DNA of 64,000 bases from Ruminococcus sp. (lineage in GTDB: Bacteria; Bacillota; Clostridia; Oscillospirales; Ruminococcaceae): assembly GCA_017478965.1 (NCBI GenBank), contig JAFVCV010000038.1, positions 23,977 through 87,976 of the forward strand, read 5' to 3'. Under the pieces are notes generated by a model that worked only from the letters and a program-made list of their open reading frames with translations, was not told where the DNA came from and did no database searches. The position numbers and the translations under genes were made by a program. Shown here in pieces: positions 25,918 through 35,289 of this stretch (position 1 is its first letter; each line of letters opens with the position of its first letter).

Positions 25918-27099
25918 ATGTTGATAGAAGAGGTAAAAAAAGAACTGATACAGCACATTATACCGTTCTGGAACAGTCTGAGAGACGACGAGAACGGGGG
26001 GTTCTACGGATTCAAGGGCTTTGACCTGAAACTCGACAAGCAGGCCGACAAGGGGGTCATACTCCATTCAAGGATACTGTGGTTCTATTCAAACGCCTAT
26101 ATGACCCTGGGGGACAAGGCGCTGCTGGATAACGCTGAACACGCTTATAGGTTCATCAGGGACAAGTGCGTGGATTATCAGTATGGCGGCGTATACTGGA
26201 TGATGGACTTCAGGGGCGGCGTGGCTGACGATATGAAACACACCTACAATATAGCCTTTGCCATCTATGCTCTTTCAAGCTATTACAGAGCCAGCGGCGA
26301 TGAAAGTGCGCTGAACTTAGCCTACAAGCTTTTTTTGGACGTAGAGGAGAACACGCTGGACGAGTACGGATATCAGGAGGCCTTTGACAGGACCTGGAAC
26401 CTGGTGGACAACGAGGCACTGAGCGAGAACGGCCTGAAAGCCGACAAGACCATGAACGCTATCCTGCATCTCATCGAGGCATATACTGAGCTTTACAGAG
26501 CCGACAAGAACAGGCCGGGGGCTGAAAAGGTCGCCCAGCGGCTGAAATTCCAGCTCGGCCAGATGAGGGATATCGTATATACTCCTGAGACTAACGCTTT
26601 GAAGGTGTTTTTTGACACGGCATTCAACCTGGTGGGGGATATCCATTCCTACGGTCACGACATAGAGGCCACCTGGCTCATGGACAGGGCCTGCGATGTT
26701 CTGGGGGACGAGGAGCTGAAAAAACAGTTTGCTGAGATGGATCTTAAAATTTCCCGCAATATCCTTGATATCGCTTTTGAAGACGGCGCTCTGAACAACG
26801 AGAGCGAGCACGGGGCCGTTGACAGGAAGAGAGTATGGTGGGTCCAGGCCGAGGCCGTGGTGGGCTTCATAAACGCTTATCAGCACTGCGGGGAAAAGAA
26901 GTTCCTTGAAGCCGCAGGTTCCGTATGGGAGTACATAAAGTCTGACATCATCGACAAGAGGGAAGGCTCGGAGTGGTATTCGGAGGTGTCCTTCGGTCAT
27001 GAGCCCCATGACTGGAAGGAGATCGTCGGCCCGTGGAAGTGCCCTTACCATAACGGGAGAATGTGCATGGAGGTCATAAATAGAAAGGTCGATCTTTGA
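25918..27099 (+). CDS. AGE-family (N-acylglucosamine 2-epimerase / cellobiose 2-epimerase-like) protein
   Basis: An (alpha/alpha)6-barrel family pattern is present (IIPFWNSLRDDENGGFYG, HSRILWFYS, GGVYWMMD, HLIEAY, HDIEATWL, WWVQAEAV, YHNGRMC). The ATG at 25918 follows AGAGGGAGAG. Confidence 0.78.
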   Translation: MLIEEVKKELIQHIIPFWNSLRDDENGGFYGFKGFDLKLDKQADKGVILHSRILWFYSNAYMTLGDKALLDNAEHAYRFIRDKCVDYQYGGVYWMMDFRGGVADDMKHTYNIAFAIYALSSYYRASGDESALNLAYKLFLDVEENTLDEYGYQEAFDRTWNLVDNEALSENGLKADKTMNAILHLIEAYTELYRADKNRPGAEKVAQRLKFQLGQMRDIVYTPETNALKVFFDTAFNLVGDIHSYGHDIEATWLMDRACDVLGDEELKKQFAEMDLKISRNILDIAFEDGALNNESEHGAVDRKRVWWVQAEAVVGFINAYQHCGEKKFLEAAGSVWEYIKSDIIDKREGSEWYSEVSFGHEPHDWKEIVGPWKCPYHNGRMCMEVINRKVDL

Positions 27100-27794
27100 T
27101 GTATAAGTTTGAGACACATCTGCATACCAGCGAGGCTTCGGCCTGCGCCTCGGCCAGCGGCGCAGAGCAGGCACAGAGGTATAAAAACAGCGGCTATGAC
27201 GGTATAATAGTCACAGACCATTTCTTCAACGGCAACACTGCCGTCAGGGAATACCGGGACTGGAAAGACCGGGTGGACCGGTACTGCATGGGCTATGAGA
27301 ACGCTAAGGCCCAGGGGGACAGGATAGGGCTGAAGGTATTCTTCGGGATAGAGTATACCTACTTCGGCACGGATATCTTAGTCTACGGTATTGACAAGGA
27401 CTGGCTCTATGAGAACAGCGACTGCGTTGACATAAGCTTTTACGAATTTGCACAGCGGGTCCGCAGTGCGGGGGCGCTGATGATACACGCCCACCCTTTC
27501 AGAGAGGCAGGGTATATACACGAGATAAGGCTCTTGCCGGAATGGGTAGACGGCGTCGAGGTCTACAACAGCGGCAACTACAAGGACGTTATGAATAAAA
27601 GGGCGCAGTGGTATGCGGAGCAGTACGGGTTCAGGACCACCGCCGGCACCGACAACCACCACCTGAACGTTCCCGATGACAGGCTCAGCGGCATATGGAC
27701 CGATATGGAGCTTGAAAGCATAGAGGATTATATCAAGGCATTCAGGGAAGGCAGGGTGTGGCCTGCCTATCCCAAGAGGTTCCTGGAGGAATGA
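27096..27794 (+). CDS. PHP-domain metal-dependent phosphoesterase
   Basis: The HLHTSEAS N-terminus, IIVTDHF, HAHPF and GTDNHH are histidine clusters typical of PHP domains. The start overlaps the previous gene as ATGA. Confidence 0.72.
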   Translation: MMYKFETHLHTSEASACASASGAEQAQRYKNSGYDGIIVTDHFFNGNTAVREYRDWKDRVDRYCMGYENAKAQGDRIGLKVFFGIEYTYFGTDILVYGIDKDWLYENSDCVDISFYEFAQRVRSAGALMIHAHPFREAGYIHEIRLLPEWVDGVEVYNSGNYKDVMNKRAQWYAEQYGFRTTAGTDNHHLNVPDDRLSGIWTDMELESIEDYIKAFREGRVWPAYPKRFLEE

Positions 27795-27800
27795 GCGGAA

Positions 27801-28859
27801 ATGGAGTATCTGGAAAATGACCCCATCAGGCTCAGTGCTGACAGGACCGCAGTGGAGGTGATAGACCAGCGGCTGCTGCCGGGGGAGCTGAGATGGGTGA
27901 GCCTTCGGTCTGCCGGAGAGGTGGCTGAGGCTATCCGGACCCTTGCTGTCAGGGGGGCGCCGCTTATAGGTATATGTGCGGCCTATGGGATATGTATAGC
28001 GGCGGCAAAGGCCCTGAGGGAGGACCGGGAGCATTTTTTTGAAAGGTTCAAAACTGACAGCCTTGTCATAAGCGGCGCAAGGCCTACGGCGGTGGACCCT
28101 TACCATGCGGCGCAAAGGCTCAGAAGAAGGCTGGAGAGACAGCGCTCTGCCGGACACGGACCGGAGGAGATAACCGAGGGGCTGTTTGAGGAGGCAGTAA
28201 GTCTCCATGAGGAGGAGATAAGGACCTGCCTTGCCATCTCAGAGCTGGGGCTTACGCTTATAAAGGACGGCAGCACCGTCATTACCCACTGCAACGCCGG
28301 GGCCATGGCCACCGGGCGCTATGGCACGGGGCTGGGACCGCTGCTTTTAGGGGCGGAGAAGGGGTATACCTTCCACGCCTATGTGGACGAGACCAGACCT
28401 CTTTTACAGGGGGCCAGGATAACGGCCTTCGAGCTGATGAGGGCAGGGGTGGACACTACGCTGATGTGCGACGATATGGCGGCTTATGTAATGGCGCAGG
28501 GAAAGACTGACGCCTGCATGGTGGGCTGCGACAGGGTGGCTGTCAACGGAGACACTGCCAACAAGATAGGCACCTGCGGACTTGCGGTCCTGGCTAAGCA
28601 TTACGGAGTGCCGTTTTATGTATTCTGTCCGGTGTCCACCATCGACCTTTGCTGTAAGACCGGAGCGGACATACAGATCGAGATGAGAGACGGCAGAGAG
28701 ATCACCGGGCTTTATTTTGAAAAGCCTGTGGCTCCGGAGGGGGTCAGGTGTCTGGACCCGTCCTTTGACGTTACGCCCGCAGAGCTGATAACTGCCATAG
28801 TCACCGAGAGAGGGATATTCTATCCGCCCTATGACTTTTCGGCCTTCGGGAAGGGATAA
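27801..28859 (+). CDS. mtnA: S-methyl-5-thioribose-1-phosphate isomerase-like protein (eIF-2B alpha/beta/delta family, MtnA-like)
   Basis: Motifs VIDQRLLPGE, VRGAPLIGICAAYG, THCNAGAMAT, ETRPLLQGARITAFEL and GCDRVAVNGDTANKIGT are present. Confidence 0.8.
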   Translation: MEYLENDPIRLSADRTAVEVIDQRLLPGELRWVSLRSAGEVAEAIRTLAVRGAPLIGICAAYGICIAAAKALREDREHFFERFKTDSLVISGARPTAVDPYHAAQRLRRRLERQRSAGHGPEEITEGLFEEAVSLHEEEIRTCLAISELGLTLIKDGSTVITHCNAGAMATGRYGTGLGPLLLGAEKGYTFHAYVDETRPLLQGARITAFELMRAGVDTTLMCDDMAAYVMAQGKTDACMVGCDRVAVNGDTANKIGTCGLAVLAKHYGVPFYVFCPVSTIDLCCKTGADIQIEMRDGREITGLYFEKPVAPEGVRCLDPSFDVTPAELITAIVTERGIFYPPYDFSAFGKG

Positions 28860-28888
28860 GTTTACCAATAAAAGGAAAGGGGATATTT

Positions 28889-30118
28889 ATGAAAGCAAGA
28901 AGATCGGCAGCGGCGTTGGCCGCAGCGGCAATGCTGATGGCGGCGGGACTGGCCGGCTGCTACAGCGAGGAAAAACCGTCCAACAGCACTGACACAGCAG
29001 TCAGCGCTGAGGACAAGACAGGGCAGAACGAACAGAGCGCTCCTTCGGCAGACGTCAGCACGGCCGAGGAAAAGCCGAACGTTTCCCAGACTCATCAGAA
29101 CGACCCGATGAACGCAGTCTCGGCCTGGGAACTGGTCGCTGATATGAAGATAGGCTGGAATCTTGGCAACACCCTTGACGCCACCGGCGGCTCCGGAGTG
29201 GATTCGGAGATCTCCTGGCTGCCCAACCCGGTGAAGACCGATGAGTTCATGATAAAGTCCGTCAAGGACCAGGGTTTCAATGTGCTGAGACTGCCGGTAT
29301 CCTGGGGCAACCACATGAGCGATGACTACACCGTTGACCCGGAGTGGATGGACAGGGTGCAGGAGGTAGTGAACTACGGCATAGACAACGGTATGTATGT
29401 GATACTCAATACCCACCACGAGGAGTGGTATATGCCCACGGAGGAGAACCTTGACCATGACCTGGAGGAGATAGAGGCTCTCTGGAAACAGATAGCAGAG
29501 AGATTCAAGGGCTATGATGAGCACCTTATCTTCGAGGGGCTGAATGAGCCCAGGCTCAGAGGCACCGGTCAGGAGTGGACAGGCACCAATGACGCCAGGG
29601 CGATAGTCAATCAGTATGAGAAAAAGTTTGTGGAGACCGTCAGGGCCACCGGCGGCAACAACGCTGACCGCTGCCTGATGATAACGGGCTATGCGGCTTC
29701 TTCGGCAAGGGAGAACCTTGCGGCCATAGAGCTTCCTGAGGACAGTGACAAGCTGATAATCTCCGTCCATGCCTATCTGCCTTATTCATTCGCTCTTGAC
29801 ACCAAGGGTACAGACGTTTATAAGTCCGTTGACAGTTCCATAACAGACCTGTTCAAGAACCTGGACGACCTGTTCCTTAGCAAGGGGCTGCCTGTCATCG
29901 TAGGTGAGTTCGGCTCGGTGAACAAGGATAATCTGGAGGACAGGGTCCAGTGCGCAAAGGATTATCTCACCACTGCCTCCTCCTACGGGATACCCTGTGT
30001 ATGGTGGGACAATTACGCCAGATTTGGCGCCGGCGAGAACTTCGGCCTTTTCGACCGTGCGGAGTACAGCTGGTACTTCCCGGACCTTATGAAGGCCATG
30101 ATGGAATCGGTGGAATAA
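28889..30118 (+). CDS. Glycoside hydrolase family 5 lipoprotein (endo-beta-glucanase/mannanase type)
   Basis: It has the lipobox GLAGC and the motifs GWNLGNTLDA, FNVLRLPV, NTHHE, FEGLNEPR (acid/base Glu), and VIVGEFG (nucleophile Glu). Confidence 0.85.
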   Translation: MKARRSAAALAAAAMLMAAGLAGCYSEEKPSNSTDTAVSAEDKTGQNEQSAPSADVSTAEEKPNVSQTHQNDPMNAVSAWELVADMKIGWNLGNTLDATGGSGVDSEISWLPNPVKTDEFMIKSVKDQGFNVLRLPVSWGNHMSDDYTVDPEWMDRVQEVVNYGIDNGMYVILNTHHEEWYMPTEENLDHDLEEIEALWKQIAERFKGYDEHLIFEGLNEPRLRGTGQEWTGTNDARAIVNQYEKKFVETVRATGGNNADRCLMITGYAASSARENLAAIELPEDSDKLIISVHAYLPYSFALDTKGTDVYKSVDSSITDLFKNLDDLFLSKGLPVIVGEFGSVNKDNLEDRVQCAKDYLTTASSYGIPCVWWDNYARFGAGENFGLFDRAEYSWYFPDLMKAMMESVE

Positions 30119-30125
30119 CGACACG

Positions 30126-30163
30126 AAAAAAATATCCCCCAGGTCTCCCTGGGGGATATTTGC
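30126..30163. terminator. Bidirectional terminator between the convergent GH5 and ABC exporter genes
   Basis: AATATCCCCCAGG (30131-30143) pairs with CCTGGGGGATATT (30148-30160). An A-run lies upstream and T residues lie downstream. Confidence 0.78.
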
Positions 30164-30164
30164 A

Positions 30165-32066
30165 TTATGACTCGGCAAAGCTGCCGGTGTAAAGACTGTA
30201 GTACTTGCCCTTCTTTTCGATAAGCTCCTCGTGGGTGCCTCTTTCGATTATCCTTCCCTGTTCAAGAACCATTATGCAGTCTGAATTCCTGACAGTAGAA
30301 AGGCGGTGGGCGATGACAAAGGTGGTCCTGCCATACATAAGTGCGTCCATGCCTGCCTGGACCTGTTTCTCGGTCCTGGTGTCGATGGAGGAGGTAGCCT
30401 CGTCAAGGATAAGCACCGGCGGGTCTGCCACAGCCGCACGGGCAATGGCAAGGAGCTGTCTCTGTCCCTGGCTCAGATTGCCGCCGTCGCCCTTGAGCAC
30501 GGTGTCGTAGCCGTTCTCCAGCTTTTCGATGAAGCCTGATGCGTTGGCCAGTTTTGCGGCCGCAATACATTCATCGTCGGTGGCGTCAAGATTGCCGTAA
30601 CGGATATTCTCCATGACCGTCCCTGTGAAAAGGTGGGTGTCCTGAAGGACTATGCCGAGGGTCTTGCGCAGGGCGGGCTTTTTTATCTTGGTGATGTTTA
30701 TGCCGTCATACCTTATCTTGCCGTCCTGGATATCGTAGAAACGGTTTATCAGGTTGGTGATAGTGGTCTTGCCGGCGCCGGTGGAACCTACGAAGGCTAT
30801 CTTCTGCCCGGGCTTCGCAAAGAGCTTTACGTCGTGGAGGACTATCTTATCGCTGTTATAGCCGAAGTCCACTCCGTCGAAGACTATCTCGCCCTCCATC
30901 TTGGTAAAGGTCACGGTGCCGTCTTCCTTATGGGGGTGTTTCCATGCCCAGGTGCCTGTGCGGTCATCGCTTTCGGTGAGCTGTCCGTCCTTGTCATACT
31001 TAGCATTGACGAATTCCACATAGCCCTCGTCCTTTTCCGGCTCGGCGTCCATAAGGTCCATGACCCTGCCGGCGCCGGCGCTTGCCATGATGATGAAGGT
31101 CATCTGCTGGCTTATCTGGGTTATGGGCATGGTGAAGTTCTTGTTAAGGCTGAGAAATGCCACTATCTTGCCTAAGGTCAGCCCGGCAAAGCCGTTTATG
31201 GCCAGAACTGCGCCTAAAATGGAGCAGACCACGTAGCTCAGGTTGCCGATATTTCCGTTTACGGGCATCATGATATTGGCGTATTTATTTGCCTTGAAGG
31301 CGGACTCTCTCAGTTCATCGTTGATCTTCCTGAAATCCTCCAGTGCCTTTTCCTCGTGGCAGAATACCTTTACTACCTTCTGACCGTCAAGCATCTCTTC
31401 GATGAAGCCGTTCACATTGCCGATGTCCTTTTGCTGGGCGGCGAAGTGTTTGCCGGACATCATGGAGAGCTTGTTGGTGACTGCGATCATTATGCCCGCC
31501 ATGAACATGGAGAGTAGGGTCATGGGAATGTTCATCCTTATCATGGCTATGGTGGTGATGACAAGGGTGACGGTGGAATTTATGAGCTGCGGAAGGCTCT
31601 GTCCGATGAACTGTCTCAGGGTGTCAACGTCGTTGGTGTAGACAGACATTATGTCGCCGTGGGGGTGGGTGTCGAAATACTTTATGGGAAGAGTCTCCAT
31701 ATTGTCAAAAAGTGCGTTCCTGAAATTTCTCAGGGTCCCCTGGCTCACGTTCACCATTATCCTGTTATAGGCGTAGGCGGAGCTTAGTCCTACTATATAG
31801 ACTACAGCAAGTCTCATAAGGGCCTTTGCCAGGGGGCCGTAGTCGATGACCGCCCCGTCAGCGAGCAGCGGCTTGATGTAAAGGTCCACCAGCTCCTGGA
31901 TAAAGGTCATTCCCTTGATGGTGGTGTAGGCCTGCACCAGTATGCAGACCACCACGATGGAAAAATGTATCTTGTATTTGCTGAGCATAAAGTTCAGCAC
32001 CCTGCCTAAGACCTTGAAGGTGTTCTTTGATACCGGGGGTCTTGGGGCCATATTGTTCCTTGGCAT
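30165..32066 (-). CDS. ABC exporter subunit (TMD-NBD), the canonical-site partner of a heterodimer
   Basis: It has six predicted TM helices, Walker A GSTGAGKTT, Walker B VLILDEATSSID and the non-canonical signature LSQGQRQ. Confidence 0.9.
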   Translation of the reverse strand: MPRNNMAPRPPVSKNTFKVLGRVLNFMLSKYKIHFSIVVVCILVQAYTTIKGMTFIQELVDLYIKPLLADGAVIDYGPLAKALMRLAVVYIVGLSSAYAYNRIMVNVSQGTLRNFRNALFDNMETLPIKYFDTHPHGDIMSVYTNDVDTLRQFIGQSLPQLINSTVTLVITTIAMIRMNIPMTLLSMFMAGIMIAVTNKLSMMSGKHFAAQQKDIGNVNGFIEEMLDGQKVVKVFCHEEKALEDFRKINDELRESAFKANKYANIMMPVNGNIGNLSYVVCSILGAVLAINGFAGLTLGKIVAFLSLNKNFTMPITQISQQMTFIIMASAGAGRVMDLMDAEPEKDEGYVEFVNAKYDKDGQLTESDDRTGTWAWKHPHKEDGTVTFTKMEGEIVFDGVDFGYNSDKIVLHDVKLFAKPGQKIAFVGSTGAGKTTITNLINRFYDIQDGKIRYDGINITKIKKPALRKTLGIVLQDTHLFTGTVMENIRYGNLDATDDECIAAAKLANASGFIEKLENGYDTVLKGDGGNLSQGQRQLLAIARAAVADPPVLILDEATSSIDTRTEKQVQAGMDALMYGRTTFVIAHRLSTVRNSDCIMVLEQGRIIERGTHEELIEKKGKYYSLYTGSFAES

Positions 32067-32067
32067 T

Positions 32068-33849
32068 TTATACCCCCTCCTTTCCTGTCTTCACGGCTCT
32101 GCCGGAGGAATCCTCCGGGCGGTCGAAATCACCGCCGCCGCCGGCCTGGGAACTGTAGATGTCCGCATAGGCGGCGTTGTTTTTCAGCAGCTCTTCATGG
32201 GTACCGAAGCCTGTCACCCTGCCCTCCTCCAGGACGATTATCCTGTCGGCGTTCTCCACGCTGGAGATACGCTGGGCGATGATGATCTTGGTGGTGCCGG
32301 GTATCTTTTCTGCAAAGGCTCGCTTTATCTTAGCGTCCGTGGCGGTGTCCACCGCACTGGTGGAGTCGTCAAGTATAAGTATCTTAGGCTTTTTGAGCAG
32401 CGCCCTGGCGATACAGAGCCTTTGTTTCTGTCCGCCTGAAACGTTGGCGCCCCCTCTTTCGATACGGGTGTTGTACTTATCGGGCATCTGCTCGATGAAC
32501 TCATCGGCGCAGGCCCACTTGCAGGCCTCGATACATTCCTCGTCGGTGGCGTTCTCGCTGCCCCACCTGAGATTGTCGAGTATAGAGCCTGAAAACAGCA
32601 CGTTCTTTTGCAGCACCACAGAGACATTGTCACGCAGATAGGTCATGTCGTACTTCCTTACATCGACCCCGCCGACCCTGACGCTGCCCCTGGTGACGTC
32701 GTAGAGGCGGCTTATGAGGTTCACAAGGGAGGTCTTTCCGCAGCCCGTGGGACCGATCAGCCCCACAGTCTCGCCGGAGCGGATATGCAGGTCGATGTCT
32801 TTGAGGACCTCCTTGTTCTCTCCCTTGAAATAAGCGAAGTCAACGCCGTCAAAGTCGATGGAGCCGTCCTTCATATCCCTGACAGGCTCCTCAGGCTCCG
32901 AAAGCTCCGGGACTTCGTCAAGGACCTCGCTGATACGCCTTATGCTTGCCGTGGACATGGAGATCATGACAAAGATGAAGGAAAGCATCATCAGCGACAT
33001 GAAGGCGCTGAATATGTAGGTGAACAGGGAAGTCAGCTCACCTGTCAGAAGGGTCCCGCCCACAACCAGGTGAGCGCCTATCCAGCTGATGGCGATTATG
33101 GCGGTGTAGCTTACGAACATCATCACGGGATTGTTGAGGGCGACTATGCTCTCCGCTTTGACGAACATATTGTAAAGGGCGCCGGAGGCTCTGCGGAACT
33201 TTTCCTTCTCATGGTCCTCACGGACATAGGCCTTTACGACCCTGATGGCCGAAACGTTCTCCTGAACGCTGGCATTCAGCTCGTCATACTTGTGGAAGGC
33301 GGAGTTGAAGGTCTTCATTGCCCTGGATACGATAAGGCTCAGGGCGATGGCTAAGAACACCAGAGCTATAAGGAACAGCATACTCATCGAAGGGCTTATG
33401 ACAAAGCTCATTATCATGCTGCTTATCAGCATCATAGGCGCCCTGACGGCGATACGTATTACCATCTGATAGGCGTTCTGGATATTGGTCACGTCGGTGG
33501 TCATCCTTGTGACAAGTCCGGCGGTGGAGAATTTGTCGATGTTAGAGAATGAGAAGGTCTGTATCCTCCTGTAGACCTCCTCACGGAGATTGCAGGCAAG
33601 TCCCGACGACGCCCTTGCGCCGTGAACGCCCGACATTATGCCCGAAAACAGGCTCACGACCGCAGCGGCAGCCATTGCTGCACCGTAGATCATGACCTTT
33701 TTCATATCCCCTTTGTCTATGCCGTTGTCGATTATCTTCGCCATTATGAACGGCAGAAGCACCTCCATGAACACTTCCAGCATAGCATAGAAGGGAGTCA
33801 GCAGCGAATCCTTTTTGTACTGCTTTACCTGTGCTAGTATCTTCTTCAA
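32068..33849 (-). CDS. ABC exporter subunit (TMD-NBD), the degenerate-site partner of a heterodimer
   Basis: Walker A is GPTGCGKTS and the signature is VSGGQKQR. Walker B is ILILDDSTSAVD, with Asp replacing the catalytic Glu. The TTG start is preceded by AAGGAGGG. The next gene starts 1 nt after its stop. Confidence 0.9.
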   Translation of the reverse strand: MKKILAQVKQYKKDSLLTPFYAMLEVFMEVLLPFIMAKIIDNGIDKGDMKKVMIYGAAMAAAAVVSLFSGIMSGVHGARASSGLACNLREEVYRRIQTFSFSNIDKFSTAGLVTRMTTDVTNIQNAYQMVIRIAVRAPMMLISSMIMSFVISPSMSMLFLIALVFLAIALSLIVSRAMKTFNSAFHKYDELNASVQENVSAIRVVKAYVREDHEKEKFRRASGALYNMFVKAESIVALNNPVMMFVSYTAIIAISWIGAHLVVGGTLLTGELTSLFTYIFSAFMSLMMLSFIFVMISMSTASIRRISEVLDEVPELSEPEEPVRDMKDGSIDFDGVDFAYFKGENKEVLKDIDLHIRSGETVGLIGPTGCGKTSLVNLISRLYDVTRGSVRVGGVDVRKYDMTYLRDNVSVVLQKNVLFSGSILDNLRWGSENATDEECIEACKWACADEFIEQMPDKYNTRIERGGANVSGGQKQRLCIARALLKKPKILILDDSTSAVDTATDAKIKRAFAEKIPGTTKIIIAQRISSVENADRIIVLEEGRVTGFGTHEELLKNNAAYADIYSSQAGGGGDFDRPEDSSGRAVKTGKEGV

Positions 33850-33931
33850 TAAAAGACCCTCCTTACGCAGCTTTTTAAAAGCTCAACGAAACACCGGGAA
33901 GCTCCCAGTGTCAAATTGATATACAAAAATC

Positions 33932-33960
33932 ATTATAACATATTTTTACATACAAAGCAA
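33932..33960 (-). promoter_or_regulatory. Candidate promoter of the ABC exporter operon
   Basis: On the minus strand: TTGCTT, a 17-nt spacer, then TGtTATAAT. Confidence 0.4.
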
Positions 33961-34123
33961 TAGCTTAAAATGAAGTTTTTTAGATATGTGTAAAATGGCT
34001 CTGCTGTCAGGGAAATTTCCAGTTTTTTTCAGTATATATTGAATTTGTGCTCACGACTTAACAAAAATTTAGGCTTGAATTTGTATAAAGTGACGTTAAT
34101 ATGGAAGTTAATGCTCAGTTTTA

Positions 34124-34152
34124 TTGACAAATCAGAGGAAAAGTTGTATAAT
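34124..34152 (+). promoter_or_regulatory. Consensus sigma-A promoter upstream of the pilin-like gene
   Basis: TTGACA (34124-34129), a 17-nt spacer, then TATAAT (34147-34152). Confidence 0.6.
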
Positions 34153-34249
34153 AAAGATAATAGAACAGGTATCGCTATCGGGATTTGCGGCAGGGGCCGC
34201 CTAAGGGATAAGCATTTTTTTCTTATAGAAATGAAAAAGAGGGATAGTT

Positions 34250-34933
34250 ATGAATAAGAATGAAGGGAACCGCTCACGGTGCGGCTTTACGCTGGTGGAG
34301 CTGGTGGTCGTGATCGCAATAATCGGCATACTTGCGGTCATAATCGTACCGCAGCTGCTCAACTGGGTGCATAAGGCACAGAAAAAAGCGGATATAGTAT
34401 CTGCAAAGATGATAGGCACCGCTACGGCGGCGCTTATAACTGAGGACGATGAGGCTTACAGATCGTTTTACAGCCCACAGTCGTGGACGCCAAGGTTCTA
34501 TGCCAAGGGCAGCGACGGGCAGGTGGAATCCTATCAGTGCTATATAGTCGGCAAGCTTGACGGGTGTACCTCAAAGGACGGGAACAAGGCCCGTCCGTGC
34601 AAGCCGCAGGAATGGCAGCCCGGCGAGGCCGGACGTTCTCCTCTCACCGGCGGAAATCAGGTGTATTTCTGCCAAAAGCTCACTGAGGAGAATATGGTGC
34701 GTGGCGGCGAGAAAAGGGGGCGCAACAAGGACAACTACGTTATGATACCGGTAAGGTACCGTGGCGCAGAAGATTCGCCCAATACAGAGGCTACCGGGGG
34801 CGACAGGTGGCTGATAGTTTACAGGAAGAACGATCCGGAGAAGATAGAGGTGTGGCTGGCCGACAGTTCAAAGCTTTACAGCTGTCAGCCGGTGTTCAGG
34901 CTCTGGCCGGACCCCGACGCTAATTTCAAATGA
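34250..34933 (+). CDS. Prepilin-type N-terminal cleavage/methylation domain protein (type IV pilin / pseudopilin-like)
   Basis: The class III signal is MNKNEGNRSRCG|FTLVELVVVIAIIGILAVIIVPQ, with Gly-1, Phe+1 and Glu+5. Confidence 0.8.
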   Translation: MNKNEGNRSRCGFTLVELVVVIAIIGILAVIIVPQLLNWVHKAQKKADIVSAKMIGTATAALITEDDEAYRSFYSPQSWTPRFYAKGSDGQVESYQCYIVGKLDGCTSKDGNKARPCKPQEWQPGEAGRSPLTGGNQVYFCQKLTEENMVRGGEKRGRNKDNYVMIPVRYRGAEDSPNTEATGGDRWLIVYRKNDPEKIEVWLADSSKLYSCQPVFRLWPDPDANFK

Positions 34934-35074
34934 CGGTCCAGATGCTCGTCTGAAGAAGGCGGGCATCTTTTATTTGAAAGACTGCTAGAGTTCCGGACAA
35001 AAGCGGACATTCTTTGTACACAATAGCCACTTGTCGGTTTAATTAACCGCTGTCATTTTATACAAATATGAGTC

Positions 35075-35103
35075 TTGACTTTTTGTGATTATTACTATAT
35101 AAT
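35075..35103 (+). promoter_or_regulatory. Candidate distal promoter of glgP
   Basis: TTGACT (35075-35080), a 17-nt spacer, then TATAAT (35098-35103). Confidence 0.45.
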
Positions 35104-35177
35104 ATAACAATAGAACAAAAACGAAGGCCATTTTTTGCTTAATTCATCGAAAATTAATATGAGGACCGGCGTGAACC

Positions 35178-35206
35178 TTGAAATTATCGCCGCAATGTGG
35201 TATAAT
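35178..35206 (+). promoter_or_regulatory. Candidate proximal promoter of glgP
   Basis: TTGAAA (35178-35183), a 17-nt spacer, then TGgTATAAT (TATAAT at 35201-35206). Confidence 0.45.
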
Positions 35207-35289
35207 TATAAGGATGGTTTTCATATCAGTCGATCCAATTGCGGCGGACCGGCGGTCTGCTGCCTATTCATCAGGAGGAGTTGTTATTT

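Noticed and set aside
27801-28859. A link between the MtnA-like isomerase and the nitrogenase-like genes, by analogy with the MarHDK methylthio-alkane reductase in methionine-salvage-derived sulfur metabolism.
   Set aside because: The genes are about 12 kb apart, in different operons separated by opposite-strand genes and terminators. No mtnP/mtnK/aldolase genes are present. The idea is kept only as something the phylogeny of the H/D/K proteins would test.
34153-34249. A possible c-di-GMP riboswitch in the 5' UTR of the pilin-like gene, as seen for clostridial pilA genes.
   Set aside because: The UTR is only about 95 nt, and I could not find the conserved GEMM-I or c-di-GMP-II sequence blocks. 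Only short generic hairpins are present.
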